Below are positions 38,709-48,776 of a stretch of 64,000 nt of DNA, in pieces. The notes beneath the pieces were generated by a model. That model did not search any database. It was not told the DNA's origin and saw only the letters and a list, made by a program, of their open reading frames with translations. Each line of letters begins with the position of its first letter. Position 1 is the stretch's first letter. Made by a program: the position numbers and the translations under genes. The DNA lies in the NCBI GenBank assembly GCA_048939995.1, contig JBHLOY010000009.1, positions 32,001 to 96,000 of the forward strand, in the 5' to 3' direction. Source of the stretch: Promethearchaeota archaeon. GTDB lineage: Archaea > Asgardarchaeota > Lokiarchaeia > Sigyniarchaeales > SOKP01.

Positions 38709-40010
38709 GTGAATAAAGTGGTAAGGATAACGACTAAAGGTATGAGCGATTGGTTTGGACTTTTTGGTTCATCTACTTTTGGAGATGGTCTATGCCATTT
38801 TATAGGATGTATGGCTAATATGTGCGTTTTTGATACTAGCGAAGGGCTAGTTATATTTGACTTGCCAATGAAACAATTTAGTTATAAAATATTTAAAGCA
38901 ATCAGAGAAAGAACCAAAAAACCAGTAAAATATTTCATATATTCTCATGGTCATTTTGATCATGCATTTGCATTCGCACCTTTCATCGAAGAAGTAGGAA
39001 AAAAGGGTTGGATAATGCCTGAAGTTATAGCACATGAAAATTGTATTAAAAGATTCGAAAAATATAGGATGCTTAGTGAATATCACGTGTGGATTAATAA
39101 AATGCAATTTGCTTCACTAGGGATATTGAAGCATAAAAATTTAGTTTCTGCTTTAGAAACTCTTGATCCAACAATCATTTTAAAAGGAAATGATGCAAAA
39201 TACAATTTTGAATTAGGAAGTATTCAATTTGATCTAAATCATGATAAAGGTGAAACAGATGACTCAATCTGGTTATGGGTACCTGAGAAAGAAACGATTT
39301 GTGCGGGGGATTTATTCGTATCATCATTTCCTAATATAGGTAATCCTTTTAAGGTTCAGCGTTATCCTAAAGATTGGGCAATTGCTTTGGATAAAATGCT
39401 TGAAAAAGAGGCAAAGTATCTAGTTCCAGGACATGGTCCTCTTATAAAAGGGAAAGAAAAGGTTAAGGAGGCTCTATTAATAACTTCTGAGGCTTTGCAT
39501 TTTGTGCATGATGAGGTTGTTAAGCGGCTTAATGCGGGGAAATGGTTTGAGCAAATCTACTATGAGATGCTAGAAATATTCCCTAAAAAATTCAAAAACC
39601 ATCCATTATTGCGGGAGATGTATGGATGTTATCGATTTGCAATTCACGCATCCTACAGACTCTATCATGGCTGGTATAACAGTGGTAATCCTACAGAATT
39701 ATTTCCTTCAAAGGCAACAGATATTGCACAAGAATTTTTAAAGCTCAATAGTGAAGAATCATACTTGAATCATGCAAAGAAGTTATTTGAGGAAGGTAAA
39801 CTACAATTAGCATTGCATATTCTCGATGTCGTAATAAATGGAATCAATGAAAAGAAGGGCAGTATCTATTTAAAGGCTTTACAATTAAAATATGACATTC
39901 TAAAAATTAAAGTGGAGGAAGAGTCGTCTTTTATTGCTGCTAATATTCTTGATAATGCGAGATATAATATAAAAGATAAGATTAAAACCATACAAAAACA
40001 ATTAAAATAG
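38709..40010 (+). CDS. Alkyl sulfatase-like MBL hydrolase (SdsA/BDS1 type) with dimerization domain
   Basis: YSHGHFDH, GETDD, AGD...PN.GNP, PGHG, LREMYG, YHGWYNSGNPTEL. Confidence 0.82.
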   Translation: MNKVVRITTKGMSDWFGLFGSSTFGDGLCHFIGCMANMCVFDTSEGLVIFDLPMKQFSYKIFKAIRERTKKPVKYFIYSHGHFDHAFAFAPFIEEVGKKGWIMPEVIAHENCIKRFEKYRMLSEYHVWINKMQFASLGILKHKNLVSALETLDPTIILKGNDAKYNFELGSIQFDLNHDKGETDDSIWLWVPEKETICAGDLFVSSFPNIGNPFKVQRYPKDWAIALDKMLEKEAKYLVPGHGPLIKGKEKVKEALLITSEALHFVHDEVVKRLNAGKWFEQIYYEMLEIFPKKFKNHPLLREMYGCYRFAIHASYRLYHGWYNSGNPTELFPSKATDIAQEFLKLNSEESYLNHAKKLFEEGKLQLALHILDVVINGINEKKGSIYLKALQLKYDILKIKVEEESSFIAANILDNARYNIKDKIKTIQKQLK

Positions 40011-40018
40011 AATTTTTC

Positions 40019-42268
40019 TTATCGTTGAGGCACAAAAACGCCTTTTTTAATAAGATTAAGTACGGTTTGGGCATCCTTTGGTGAACATTCATTTTCAGGT
40101 AGCAGATAAAGCGCATAAATATGGTCTAATCCATAATCTTCCATTAATTTCTTCGCTTTTTCAACCATCTCCCTTTCAGCAGAATTTAATCTTACATTAT
40201 CAGGCATTTCTATTTTTAACGGATAGATGAACGAAACATTTAGATGTTCTTCAACCAATTCTTTGATTCCTTTAAAGTCTTTTACATTTCCATGAAATTC
40301 ATCAATCATTTTTCCATAATTTTTATACACATCATATGCTAAGGATTCAACAGCATAATGGAAATCTACTGAAGGTTCAGCTTTCATGTTTAGGATGATT
40401 CTTACATTTACAAATTCTGTCATTAATAAGATAGAATTTTTATATTGTATTTTTACTGTTTTGTCTTTATCCTTGGCTACTTCTGAACCAAACGCACGAA
40501 CGGCTTGTAGAAAACCAGATATTAATGTGGAATCCCCTTTTTGTTCTCCAAATGATTGAGAATAAATGTCTATTCCAGATCTAATATCAGTCACTATTAA
40601 ATAGTTTAGGTTGAGGATATCTACACATTTTTCTAGCAATCTTTGCATCTCATATCTACGATTTTTTGATACTCTCTTATAAGCTATAAAGCTTAAGATT
40701 GCAGCAATAGGTGCAATTGTAACAACCGTAATAATTATAAAGAAAATACCCATATCTGGGGGAGGTGATTTAGGGATAGAAATAATAAACTCTTGAACTA
40801 TAACACCCGCATCGGTCTGATTGTTCCAGAATACGTATGCAATATAGGTTCCGTCTGGTGAACTCAATGGAAGTGTATAGGAAAATAGAATAGTATCAGG
40901 AGGTATAGTTTTGCTGATATTAAATTCTTCAATATCTGCAGAGTTTATTAAAATATACGTATAGGTTCCTTCTAATGTAGGTGTTGCTAGCGAAAATTGA
41001 ACTTCTTGTCCTAAATAATAATCTGTTTTTGGAGCATTCAATCCAATTGAAAAACTAGGAGATTCCGCCATTATCTCCCAATTAGCGTTTTCGATAAGAG
41101 TATTATTTGGGATAAATATATAATTTTCATTAATTGTTATATTGAATTCCATATTTTGCCCATCTCTAAAAACGCTTATATTTTCCCATGTACGGGGAAT
41201 TTTGAATTTAATGCTATAATTATCTGTATAACGAATAAATGTTCGGGAAAGAATCCATTCATTACTTTGAGATTCCTGTATACTTACTTCACCCAGAGTG
41301 ATTAAACTTTCCTCAAAATATAAATGATAGGAAATATTGAAATCTAACGCTTTTGAAGCGTTATTATTAACAGCAAAAGAAAGAGTAGTAGTTAAAGGAC
41401 GAAAATCTTGAAATGTTTGAGATAAAACCCCACTTCCCTCTTCTCCACCATTTAACACTTGATATTCTTGATTATTTATATTAACGGACATATTGATACT
41501 TTCTGGAAAAAGAGGAGCTTTACTTTTCCGAATTATTTTGTAAAGAAATGTTTTATTATCTACCCCGTCAGCCCAAATAACGCTATCCTCTAGAGTAGTC
41601 GCAGAGTACAATGATGGATCGCTAGGATTTGAATTATAATGCCAGTAATAATATTGACCATTAAGACTAAAATTAGTTCCATTTAGAACTAAAAAGTAAT
41701 TTCCACTTGGTAAATTAAGAGGAGATGAAAAATTTTGTATATACCATCCCAAAGTTGTTGAGATATTGAGAGTCTGAGAAGTAAAAATGGTGCTATTTGG
41801 TGTGTTATTTGTATCATTATATCCTCGAATCTGCACTTGAATATTTTGAGTGGTACCCGCGCTCTTGTTTCCATAGATAAACACTCCATAAATGGTTTCG
41901 GGATGATCTAATCTAATTTGAGTTGCTAAGCCTAAATTATTAAAAATTCCATTTGTAAAATAAACCCGTTCAAATCCCGTTGGTTGATCTTCTACGATTA
42001 TTGTCTCCTTTTCAAAAGTAAGGTTCATAAAATCTAATTCAATGTTCGTAATATTCCATTCAGTAGTTGGTAATTCAATATTAATAGAATTGACAGTTGA
42101 ATTTGATCCTTGAAGATCAGAATATTGAGACATTTTAAAACTAGTATTTAGATTTAAAATTAGATCATGCCCTTGAGCCTTAGTACTTCTTAAATTTATA
42201 TTAAAACTAATGAAGAGAGCAGTAGATACTAAAATGAAAATTAATAGACTTTTTTTATTCAAACTCAA
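40019..42268 (-). CDS. Single-pass receptor-like protein with cytoplasmic longin-like domain (paralog 3, subtype A)
   Basis: DSTLISGFLQAVRAFG...YKNSILLMTEF...VESLAYD; ends NLIKKGVFVP. Confidence 0.8.
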   Translation of the reverse strand: MSLNKKSLLIFILVSTALFISFNINLRSTKAQGHDLILNLNTSFKMSQYSDLQGSNSTVNSINIELPTTEWNITNIELDFMNLTFEKETIIVEDQPTGFERVYFTNGIFNNLGLATQIRLDHPETIYGVFIYGNKSAGTTQNIQVQIRGYNDTNNTPNSTIFTSQTLNISTTLGWYIQNFSSPLNLPSGNYFLVLNGTNFSLNGQYYYWHYNSNPSDPSLYSATTLEDSVIWADGVDNKTFLYKIIRKSKAPLFPESINMSVNINNQEYQVLNGGEEGSGVLSQTFQDFRPLTTTLSFAVNNNASKALDFNISYHLYFEESLITLGEVSIQESQSNEWILSRTFIRYTDNYSIKFKIPRTWENISVFRDGQNMEFNITINENYIFIPNNTLIENANWEIMAESPSFSIGLNAPKTDYYLGQEVQFSLATPTLEGTYTYILINSADIEEFNISKTIPPDTILFSYTLPLSSPDGTYIAYVFWNNQTDAGVIVQEFIISIPKSPPPDMGIFFIIITVVTIAPIAAILSFIAYKRVSKNRRYEMQRLLEKCVDILNLNYLIVTDIRSGIDIYSQSFGEQKGDSTLISGFLQAVRAFGSEVAKDKDKTVKIQYKNSILLMTEFVNVRIILNMKAEPSVDFHYAVESLAYDVYKNYGKMIDEFHGNVKDFKGIKELVEEHLNVSFIYPLKIEMPDNVRLNSAEREMVEKAKKLMEDYGLDHIYALYLLPENECSPKDAQTVLNLIKKGVFVPQR

Positions 42269-42417
42269 CCCATTTTATTATAATTTATTATTTTAATCCT
42301 CTTCTACTATAAAAAAGTTTTTGTCTAATTTTTTATAACTGTTTGAAATTAATAAAAAATTAATTTCTTTTATAATTATATTTTTTTAAAAAAATTAAAG
42401 AGAAAATAAAAATAGAG

Positions 42418-43728
42418 TTAGGGTTTAAGGATAGCCCCTTTGCTTAGAGCAGTTATGGTTTTATCTTTTGGTTCGGGGACGAAATTTAATACAATAAAAA
42501 CACCGATAAATGCAACTAGGCTAAGAAGCATACCAGTACCGAGTGCCTGAAGAGAAACAAATGGGTTGCTAAAAGGATCTGCACTAAAAGGGTTAAGTGC
42601 ATCCGAAATAACTCCCACTATAAATCCTCCCAAGCCAGCTCCACGTGCTATAGAAAATATTATTGAGTTTGCAGAAGCTCTAACTTCAGTATCATATAAT
42701 TCAGAAGACCAAACACCAAAGATACCATGAAGACCAAAACCGAGTGTAATAAAAACAGAGGATAAGAGGATCAGATTATCACTAAACAACATTTTAGTAA
42801 ATATAGCAAATAATACCCCTCCAATTATTCCAATGATGTTATCGATTAGAAAAGCTTTTTTTCTACCCAGATAATCACTTAAAAACCCAAAGAAAAATAA
42901 ACCGAATGCAGCTATTACCATAAGAACTAACATAAAAAGTCTTGAGATACTTTCATAATTAGTTACTCCCGCGTTGGCAAATAAGTACTGAAAGAAAGTT
43001 GGTGCAAAGTCTACTAAGGAATGATAGGCAATTTCAGCGAACCAGAACAAAAAAATAAGTAATACAGTTAACTTCCGCCATTTCCTACTGAAAATTTCTT
43101 TTAAACGTATTTTTTGTTTAATCTGTTTCTCCTTGCGGAGTTGTTCATATTCAGTCCAAATAGCAGATTCTGGTAAGGTGAACCAAAAGAGTATAATAAA
43201 AGGTATAGGAAAGAGGGCAGTAAGGAAACAGAACTGCCACGGACGGATCAGCAATGTTGTTATTATTGCACCGATATATCCTAATACAAATGTAGAGTGA
43301 ACTAAACCACCTGCAGCACCTCTTCTTTTAGGAGAAAAATGTTCGGATATTAACGAGAAAGAAATTCCCCAACTGACTCCCAAACCAGAAATCATTCTCA
43401 TAATTGCGAATAGTACAAACATATTAGAAGGTACTAGCGAAGTCAAAGAGGAAAAAATCGCATCCCATGCTATAGAGATGATTAATGCATTTTTCCTCCC
43501 AAAACGATCTCCTAATTCACCGAAAAGAATGGCACCGGGAACAGTAAATACGAATTGAAATGAAAAAACAAGACCTATCTGCCAATCACCGACTCCAAAG
43601 AATGTTTTTAGTTCGGGAGCTAGTAAAGTTACCATAACTAATGAATATCCATCATGCATCCATGCAATAAATGCAGCCAACAGAATTATTAAAGTTGTAA
43701 ATTTTGAATATTTTTTAAGTTCAGTCAA
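42418..43728 (-). CDS. MFS transporter (aromatic acid/carboxylate-type)
   Basis: GELGDRFGRK, SEHFSPKRRG, PES, SDYLGRK, SELYDTEVRA. Confidence 0.92.
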   Translation of the reverse strand: MTELKKYSKFTTLIILLAAFIAWMHDGYSLVMVTLLAPELKTFFGVGDWQIGLVFSFQFVFTVPGAILFGELGDRFGRKNALIISIAWDAIFSSLTSLVPSNMFVLFAIMRMISGLGVSWGISFSLISEHFSPKRRGAAGGLVHSTFVLGYIGAIITTLLIRPWQFCFLTALFPIPFIILFWFTLPESAIWTEYEQLRKEKQIKQKIRLKEIFSRKWRKLTVLLIFLFWFAEIAYHSLVDFAPTFFQYLFANAGVTNYESISRLFMLVLMVIAAFGLFFFGFLSDYLGRKKAFLIDNIIGIIGGVLFAIFTKMLFSDNLILLSSVFITLGFGLHGIFGVWSSELYDTEVRASANSIIFSIARGAGLGGFIVGVISDALNPFSADPFSNPFVSLQALGTGMLLSLVAFIGVFIVLNFVPEPKDKTITALSKGAILKP

Positions 43729-43814
43729 ATTTTTTCACTTTTTAATAGAAATTAGTGAATAGGTAAATATTGTCTTAAGAAATATTTAAGATTATAAGAA
43801 AGTGCAAGAAGGTT

Positions 43815-44738
43815 TTATTGAGATATAAGGTAAAAAACGAAAGCGATACATCCTAAACTTGCCATAACAATACCCATAGCCCTACCCATTTTTTTTGCTG
43901 ATAAACTTTGAATATAGGTTGAGGTAAGAATGCCAGTAATAGCAGAGCCAATTGCTAAGAAAAGGGAAATTTCAAAATTTATGTAAAATGTTCCTCTAAA
44001 TGAAACTCCAAGAATTTGATATAAGGTAAAGGTAATTAGGCTAACAATGATACTTAATATAAGAGCAGTTCCAATACTCTTTTTAATTGGATAACCATAA
44101 AGAATTATTAAAGCTAAAACAATTATCAATCCTGAGTTTGCTCCAAATAAGCCTGAATTTATTCCGAGGAGAAGACCAAAAACTATAGCGACTATAAAAT
44201 ATAATCTAGATCCTGAAGGGATTACTTCTTCTATTTCAATTGTTTTTGCATTTGTTTTATTTTTTTGAGAGAGAATATCAATTTGTTCTTCAATTTCAAC
44301 CTTTAAAAATCTCTTATATATGTTTCTAACCATCTTCTTTAACCGTTCGGTTGTCGTATATCCACTCTTAATAAAAATTAATCCCAAAAAAATAATGAAT
44401 AGAGGTATGAACCAACCATAAATATTACCTATTGGAGTTAGCATCAATATAAATACCCCGATAAAAGTAAAAACAAGAGCAATTAATATTAATATGAAAA
44501 TATTTTTTTGAAATTTATATTCCCTTTTTCTTATATACCCAACACTTACTGCAAAGGCAGTTATTAAATCGTTTAATAAGTTAATTGCAATTGTTAAAAA
44601 CACATCTCCAGTTAACATAAGGACTATTGGCATGACAAGCCCTTGTCCAGTTTGGCCAATAAAACACATACCAATACCAACAAGAGCCCCAATTATCAAT
44701 AAGATAAATATCTGATATATTTCTAAAGCCATCGTCAA
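43815..44738 (-). CDS. TauE/SafE family exporter
   Basis: Duplicated G-rich TM halves (IGQTGQG..., SGLFGANSG..., SIGTAL). Confidence 0.75.
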   Translation of the reverse strand: MTMALEIYQIFILLIIGALVGIGMCFIGQTGQGLVMPIVLMLTGDVFLTIAINLLNDLITAFAVSVGYIRKREYKFQKNIFILILIALVFTFIGVFILMLTPIGNIYGWFIPLFIIFLGLIFIKSGYTTTERLKKMVRNIYKRFLKVEIEEQIDILSQKNKTNAKTIEIEEVIPSGSRLYFIVAIVFGLLLGINSGLFGANSGLIIVLALIILYGYPIKKSIGTALILSIIVSLITFTLYQILGVSFRGTFYINFEISLFLAIGSAITGILTSTYIQSLSAKKMGRAMGIVMASLGCIAFVFYLISQ

Positions 44739-44802
44739 TTATTCCAGATTAATTAATATAAATTATTATACTATTACTGAATTGAAAATTTCTTTTCTTT
44801 AT

Positions 44803-46311
44803 TCAATTTGCTGCTATTCTTTTAGGGAATTTTGTCTGAGCCTTTAAATTCTGTTGAAGAAGTGTGTTGATCAATTTAAATCTTTCATCTCTAAAAGCGC
44901 GGTTTTCCCATAGATTATTAAGCTCATAAGGATCATTTTTTCGGTCATATATATCCCCATAATCAAGGCCCTCATATACAGTCAATTTGTAATGTTCAGT
45001 TACTAAATGCCTTAACCGAGCTTCAAGTGGACCTACTTCTTCATCATTTTCAATAAAAATACATGTTCTCACTCTTTCTCTGGGATTCATTAAAATGGGT
45101 GAAATATCAAAACCTTGCATGTCAGATGGATGATATCGACTATGTATACCCAATAAATTTAGAATAGTTTTTGGATAATCAATAGAACTTACCAAAGAGT
45201 TCGAAATTCCTGATTTTAGATATCCAGGTACTTTCCAGATCAATGGAAGTTGCAATACACCGTTGAATGGGCATGGTCCTTTAAAGAGTAGGCCGTGTTC
45301 GCCCATTAAGTCACCATGATCACTCATGAATACTATAATGGTATTCTTTGAATAGCCTAGTTTATCCAACGCTGCAACTATTTGCCCTATACTATAATCA
45401 ACATAGGATATTGCCGCATAAGTTAAAGCCGTCATCTTTTGAACTTCTTCTTTACTTGACTCCCGTAAAAAGGCTTTTTTAAATGGTGGATTCTTTAAAT
45501 GAGTGCCTAAAAATTTATGTTTATACAGATTTTGGATATCTGTAAAATTTGGAGGAAGTTCGATGTCATCAGGATCATACATATTTTGGAATCGTTCAGG
45601 AGGATATATAGGATAATGAGGATCTGGAAAGGAACAATGCAGATAAAAAGGTTTATTCCCATATTCTCCTCTCGCATGTCTCTCTAAAAATGCAATTGTT
45701 CTTTCTTTCACATATGTAGTGTTATATAATTCTTCTGGTATCTTCTCACAGAAAAGCCTGAAAAGATTGTCGTAATTTTTTACTTTTTTTCTCATTTTTT
45801 CTGCTTCATGCGGAGATCTCTCTTCTAACCACTCTAAATAATGACCAGTACATAAAGATCCATTTCCCGAAATTAGTTCTACCTCTTTATAACCATAATA
45901 ATCTAAAGGAAATGTGTTTGAAGTTGTTTTATAGTCTGCCCACTCATCTATGCTTTCAACTGACCTAGATTTATGCTTAAATGCCCCAAACCAAAATTGA
46001 TGGTGAATTTTTCCGATAGCTGCTGTATGCCACCCTCTCTTTTTCAGTGTTTGAATAATAGTGGGAATCTCTGGTCTTAAATTAATTCCATTACTCCTAA
46101 CACCATGTACGTTAGGGTAAACCCCCGTAATCAGTGTAGCTCGATTAGGCATACAAATTGGATTAGTACAAAAGTGATTAGTAAACTGAACTCCTTCCTT
46201 AGCTAATCTATCCAGATTTGGGGTTTTTATAATTGGGTTTCCTGCATACCCTAAATGATCAGCTCTTTGAGCATCTGTTATAATGAATAACACATTCATT
46301 TTGTCACTCAT
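44803..46311 (-). CDS. Formylglycine-dependent sulfatase (arylsulfatase family)
   Basis: NVLFIITDAQR, CMPNRATLITG (CxPxR), GKIH, PH, SDHG. Confidence 0.93.
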   Translation of the reverse strand: MSDKMNVLFIITDAQRADHLGYAGNPIIKTPNLDRLAKEGVQFTNHFCTNPICMPNRATLITGVYPNVHGVRSNGINLRPEIPTIIQTLKKRGWHTAAIGKIHHQFWFGAFKHKSRSVESIDEWADYKTTSNTFPLDYYGYKEVELISGNGSLCTGHYLEWLEERSPHEAEKMRKKVKNYDNLFRLFCEKIPEELYNTTYVKERTIAFLERHARGEYGNKPFYLHCSFPDPHYPIYPPERFQNMYDPDDIELPPNFTDIQNLYKHKFLGTHLKNPPFKKAFLRESSKEEVQKMTALTYAAISYVDYSIGQIVAALDKLGYSKNTIIVFMSDHGDLMGEHGLLFKGPCPFNGVLQLPLIWKVPGYLKSGISNSLVSSIDYPKTILNLLGIHSRYHPSDMQGFDISPILMNPRERVRTCIFIENDEEVGPLEARLRHLVTEHYKLTVYEGLDYGDIYDRKNDPYELNNLWENRAFRDERFKLINTLLQQNLKAQTKFPKRIAAN

Positions 46312-46388
46312 TATTATTACTTCGATTAATTAAAATAAATAACTTACTTAAAGTAAAAAAAAAAGATGGAAGAAAAATATCAAACTTT

Positions 46389-48629
46389 CTAAATGACTGG
46401 CTGAAATATTTTTTTCTCTATTAAGTTAAAAATAGCCTCTATATCCTTCGAATCATACTGCTTAGTTTCCATAATATGGGTCGTGTAGAAATAATTTTGT
46501 TTATTTCTTTTCATAACTTCTAAAGCACGACCAATAATTGTTCGTTCTACTTGGTCTACTTTATGTTTTCCAGTTTTAACGACTTTTAATGGATATAAAA
46601 AGGAAATATTCAAATGTTTCTTAAGCAAGTCTTCAATACCCTTAAATGGGTCAATATTTCCCTTAAATTTTTCAAGGTATCGGCCATAGTATAATTCAAT
46701 ATCAAAAGCTAACTGATTTATTGAATCGAGGAATTTTTCTGAGGGTAATTGGTTCATAATTAGAACTATTCGAAAGTCTCTGAATTCAGACATTATCACT
46801 TTGGAATTTTTGAATTCAAGTTTGATTGTTTGCGTTTTTTCATCTGTATTTGTCAATTCTATTCCAAAAGAATGAATTGCTGATAAAAATCCTGTTATAA
46901 GAGTAGGATCAATTTTTTGGGATGTAAATACTTGTTCATATACATTTAATGATGATTTTTTTTCAGCAATCATAATATATTTTAGGTTTAAAATGTCCAT
47001 ACACTTATTAATAATTTCCTCTTTCTTTGTCATGACTTTCCTCTTATGCCGTTTAGCAACAATAATAATAGAGATTGTAACTCCGCTAAAAACTGCAACT
47101 CCTAAAATAATAAGAAATAAACTCAACGGATCTATTGTAAATGGAACCGTAATAGTAAAAGTAGCAGTTTCAACTCCAGCATTTAATCCATTAAAAAAAT
47201 ATATATATGCATAATAACTGCCATCTAGAGGGTAAGCAGGGATATTATAAGCAAGAATGTTAGCATCTGAAGGAAGTGAAATTGTTTGACGGGAGACTTC
47301 GTAATAATCAGGACGATATAGTACAAAAGTATAGTTACCTGGCGTTACAGGAGTATCAATTGAAAATCTCAATTCTTGACCCGGTCCATACTCAGTTAGG
47401 CGTATATCTAGATCAAAATTAAATCTAGGAGAGTTGGCTGATATTAACCATTCTGCTCCATCAATTATAACTCCATTATAAATAAACAATGTATTTTGGG
47501 TTGAATTGTCAAATATTAAAGAGCTGATATTGACATTATTTCTATAAACGGTCAAATTATTCCAATTAGAGGGATAAACAAATTTAATAAAATAATTCTC
47601 ATATACTTCATTAAAAGAAGGCGTTATATTCCATAGATTATCCCTATTGGTTTCAATTGAAACAGATCCAGTACAAATAAACCCACTTTTTATATTTAAA
47701 TAATAATTAAGACTGAAATTTAATTGTATATTGAGATGATTTTTAATTTCAATATTCAAACTGTCTGTTTCTGTCGCCCAATTTAGTCCAGTTAAAGCTA
47801 ATTCTCCAGAATTAGGAATACTAGAGTTTAAAATAGGATAATCTAAACCATTAATTACCGCTGTCATATTTAATTCTTCGGGATTATAGCTTTTATTTAC
47901 TTTCTGAGCTAATTTGTATAGATATGGTTCACTTTGCGTTCCTGGTAGCCAATTAGAAGTATATTCTGCGGCGTAAAGTGTTGGATCCTTGGGATCAACT
48001 CCATTGTAAGCCCAATAATATTCTGTATCTCCACTTACAATTCCGAACATAACTAAATAATAGTTTCCACTTTCTAGAGTTACTCGAGAATTAAAGTTTT
48101 GATAATACCAACCGGGTACTGAAGAAACATTGATATCTGTAAATGCATAAATTGTATCATTAGGTTTATGATCAACACTATCAAAACCTCTAATTTGAAC
48201 TTGAATGACTTGGGTTGTGGTTTCAGGCTTGTATGCATAAATATCAACCCCGAATATGGTAGTAGTCTCATTTAGTTTTATTTGAACTCCGAGTCCATGT
48301 CTCCTTTTAGAAGGGGTATCATAATAAATCCGACCATATGTCCCTTGAGCTTGATCCTCAATTATTTTTAGCTCGCGTTCCAACTTTATGTTTGAAAAAT
48401 TAAGATGCAAATTAGTTATATTCCAATTATTTGAAGGTAGGGAAATTTCGACTGTGCTTACATTTTCATTGCTGCCACTTTTTTCAGCATATTCTTCAAA
48501 TAAGAAGTTAGAGGCCGCTATTAAGTGTTCACCACTTACTTGAGCTTCAACAAATTCGAATTGAAAAACGAATCCTAAAAATAACATTACAAAAAGGGAA
48601 TTAATGAGTAGATAATTCTTTACTTTCAT
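46389..48629 (-). CDS. Single-pass receptor-like protein with cytoplasmic longin-like domain (paralog 4, subtype B)
   Basis: DPTLITGFLSAIHSFG...QTIKLEFKNSKVIMSEF; ends NLIEKKIFQP. Confidence 0.8.
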   Translation of the reverse strand: MKVKNYLLINSLFVMLFLGFVFQFEFVEAQVSGEHLIAASNFLFEEYAEKSGSNENVSTVEISLPSNNWNITNLHLNFSNIKLERELKIIEDQAQGTYGRIYYDTPSKRRHGLGVQIKLNETTTIFGVDIYAYKPETTTQVIQVQIRGFDSVDHKPNDTIYAFTDINVSSVPGWYYQNFNSRVTLESGNYYLVMFGIVSGDTEYYWAYNGVDPKDPTLYAAEYTSNWLPGTQSEPYLYKLAQKVNKSYNPEELNMTAVINGLDYPILNSSIPNSGELALTGLNWATETDSLNIEIKNHLNIQLNFSLNYYLNIKSGFICTGSVSIETNRDNLWNITPSFNEVYENYFIKFVYPSNWNNLTVYRNNVNISSLIFDNSTQNTLFIYNGVIIDGAEWLISANSPRFNFDLDIRLTEYGPGQELRFSIDTPVTPGNYTFVLYRPDYYEVSRQTISLPSDANILAYNIPAYPLDGSYYAYIYFFNGLNAGVETATFTITVPFTIDPLSLFLIILGVAVFSGVTISIIIVAKRHKRKVMTKKEEIINKCMDILNLKYIMIAEKKSSLNVYEQVFTSQKIDPTLITGFLSAIHSFGIELTNTDEKTQTIKLEFKNSKVIMSEFRDFRIVLIMNQLPSEKFLDSINQLAFDIELYYGRYLEKFKGNIDPFKGIEDLLKKHLNISFLYPLKVVKTGKHKVDQVERTIIGRALEVMKRNKQNYFYTTHIMETKQYDSKDIEAIFNLIEKKIFQPVI

Positions 48630-48776
48630 AAACTAAATACCAAAAACCTTAGTTTTAATACCCGACTCCTTTTAAAATATATAATAGCACACTTATATAA
48701 ACTATTTGATAAGGTTTTAATATGAATTAGAATGTCATAAATAACATTTTAAACAAAAAAAAGAAGAAGTCGTAGT

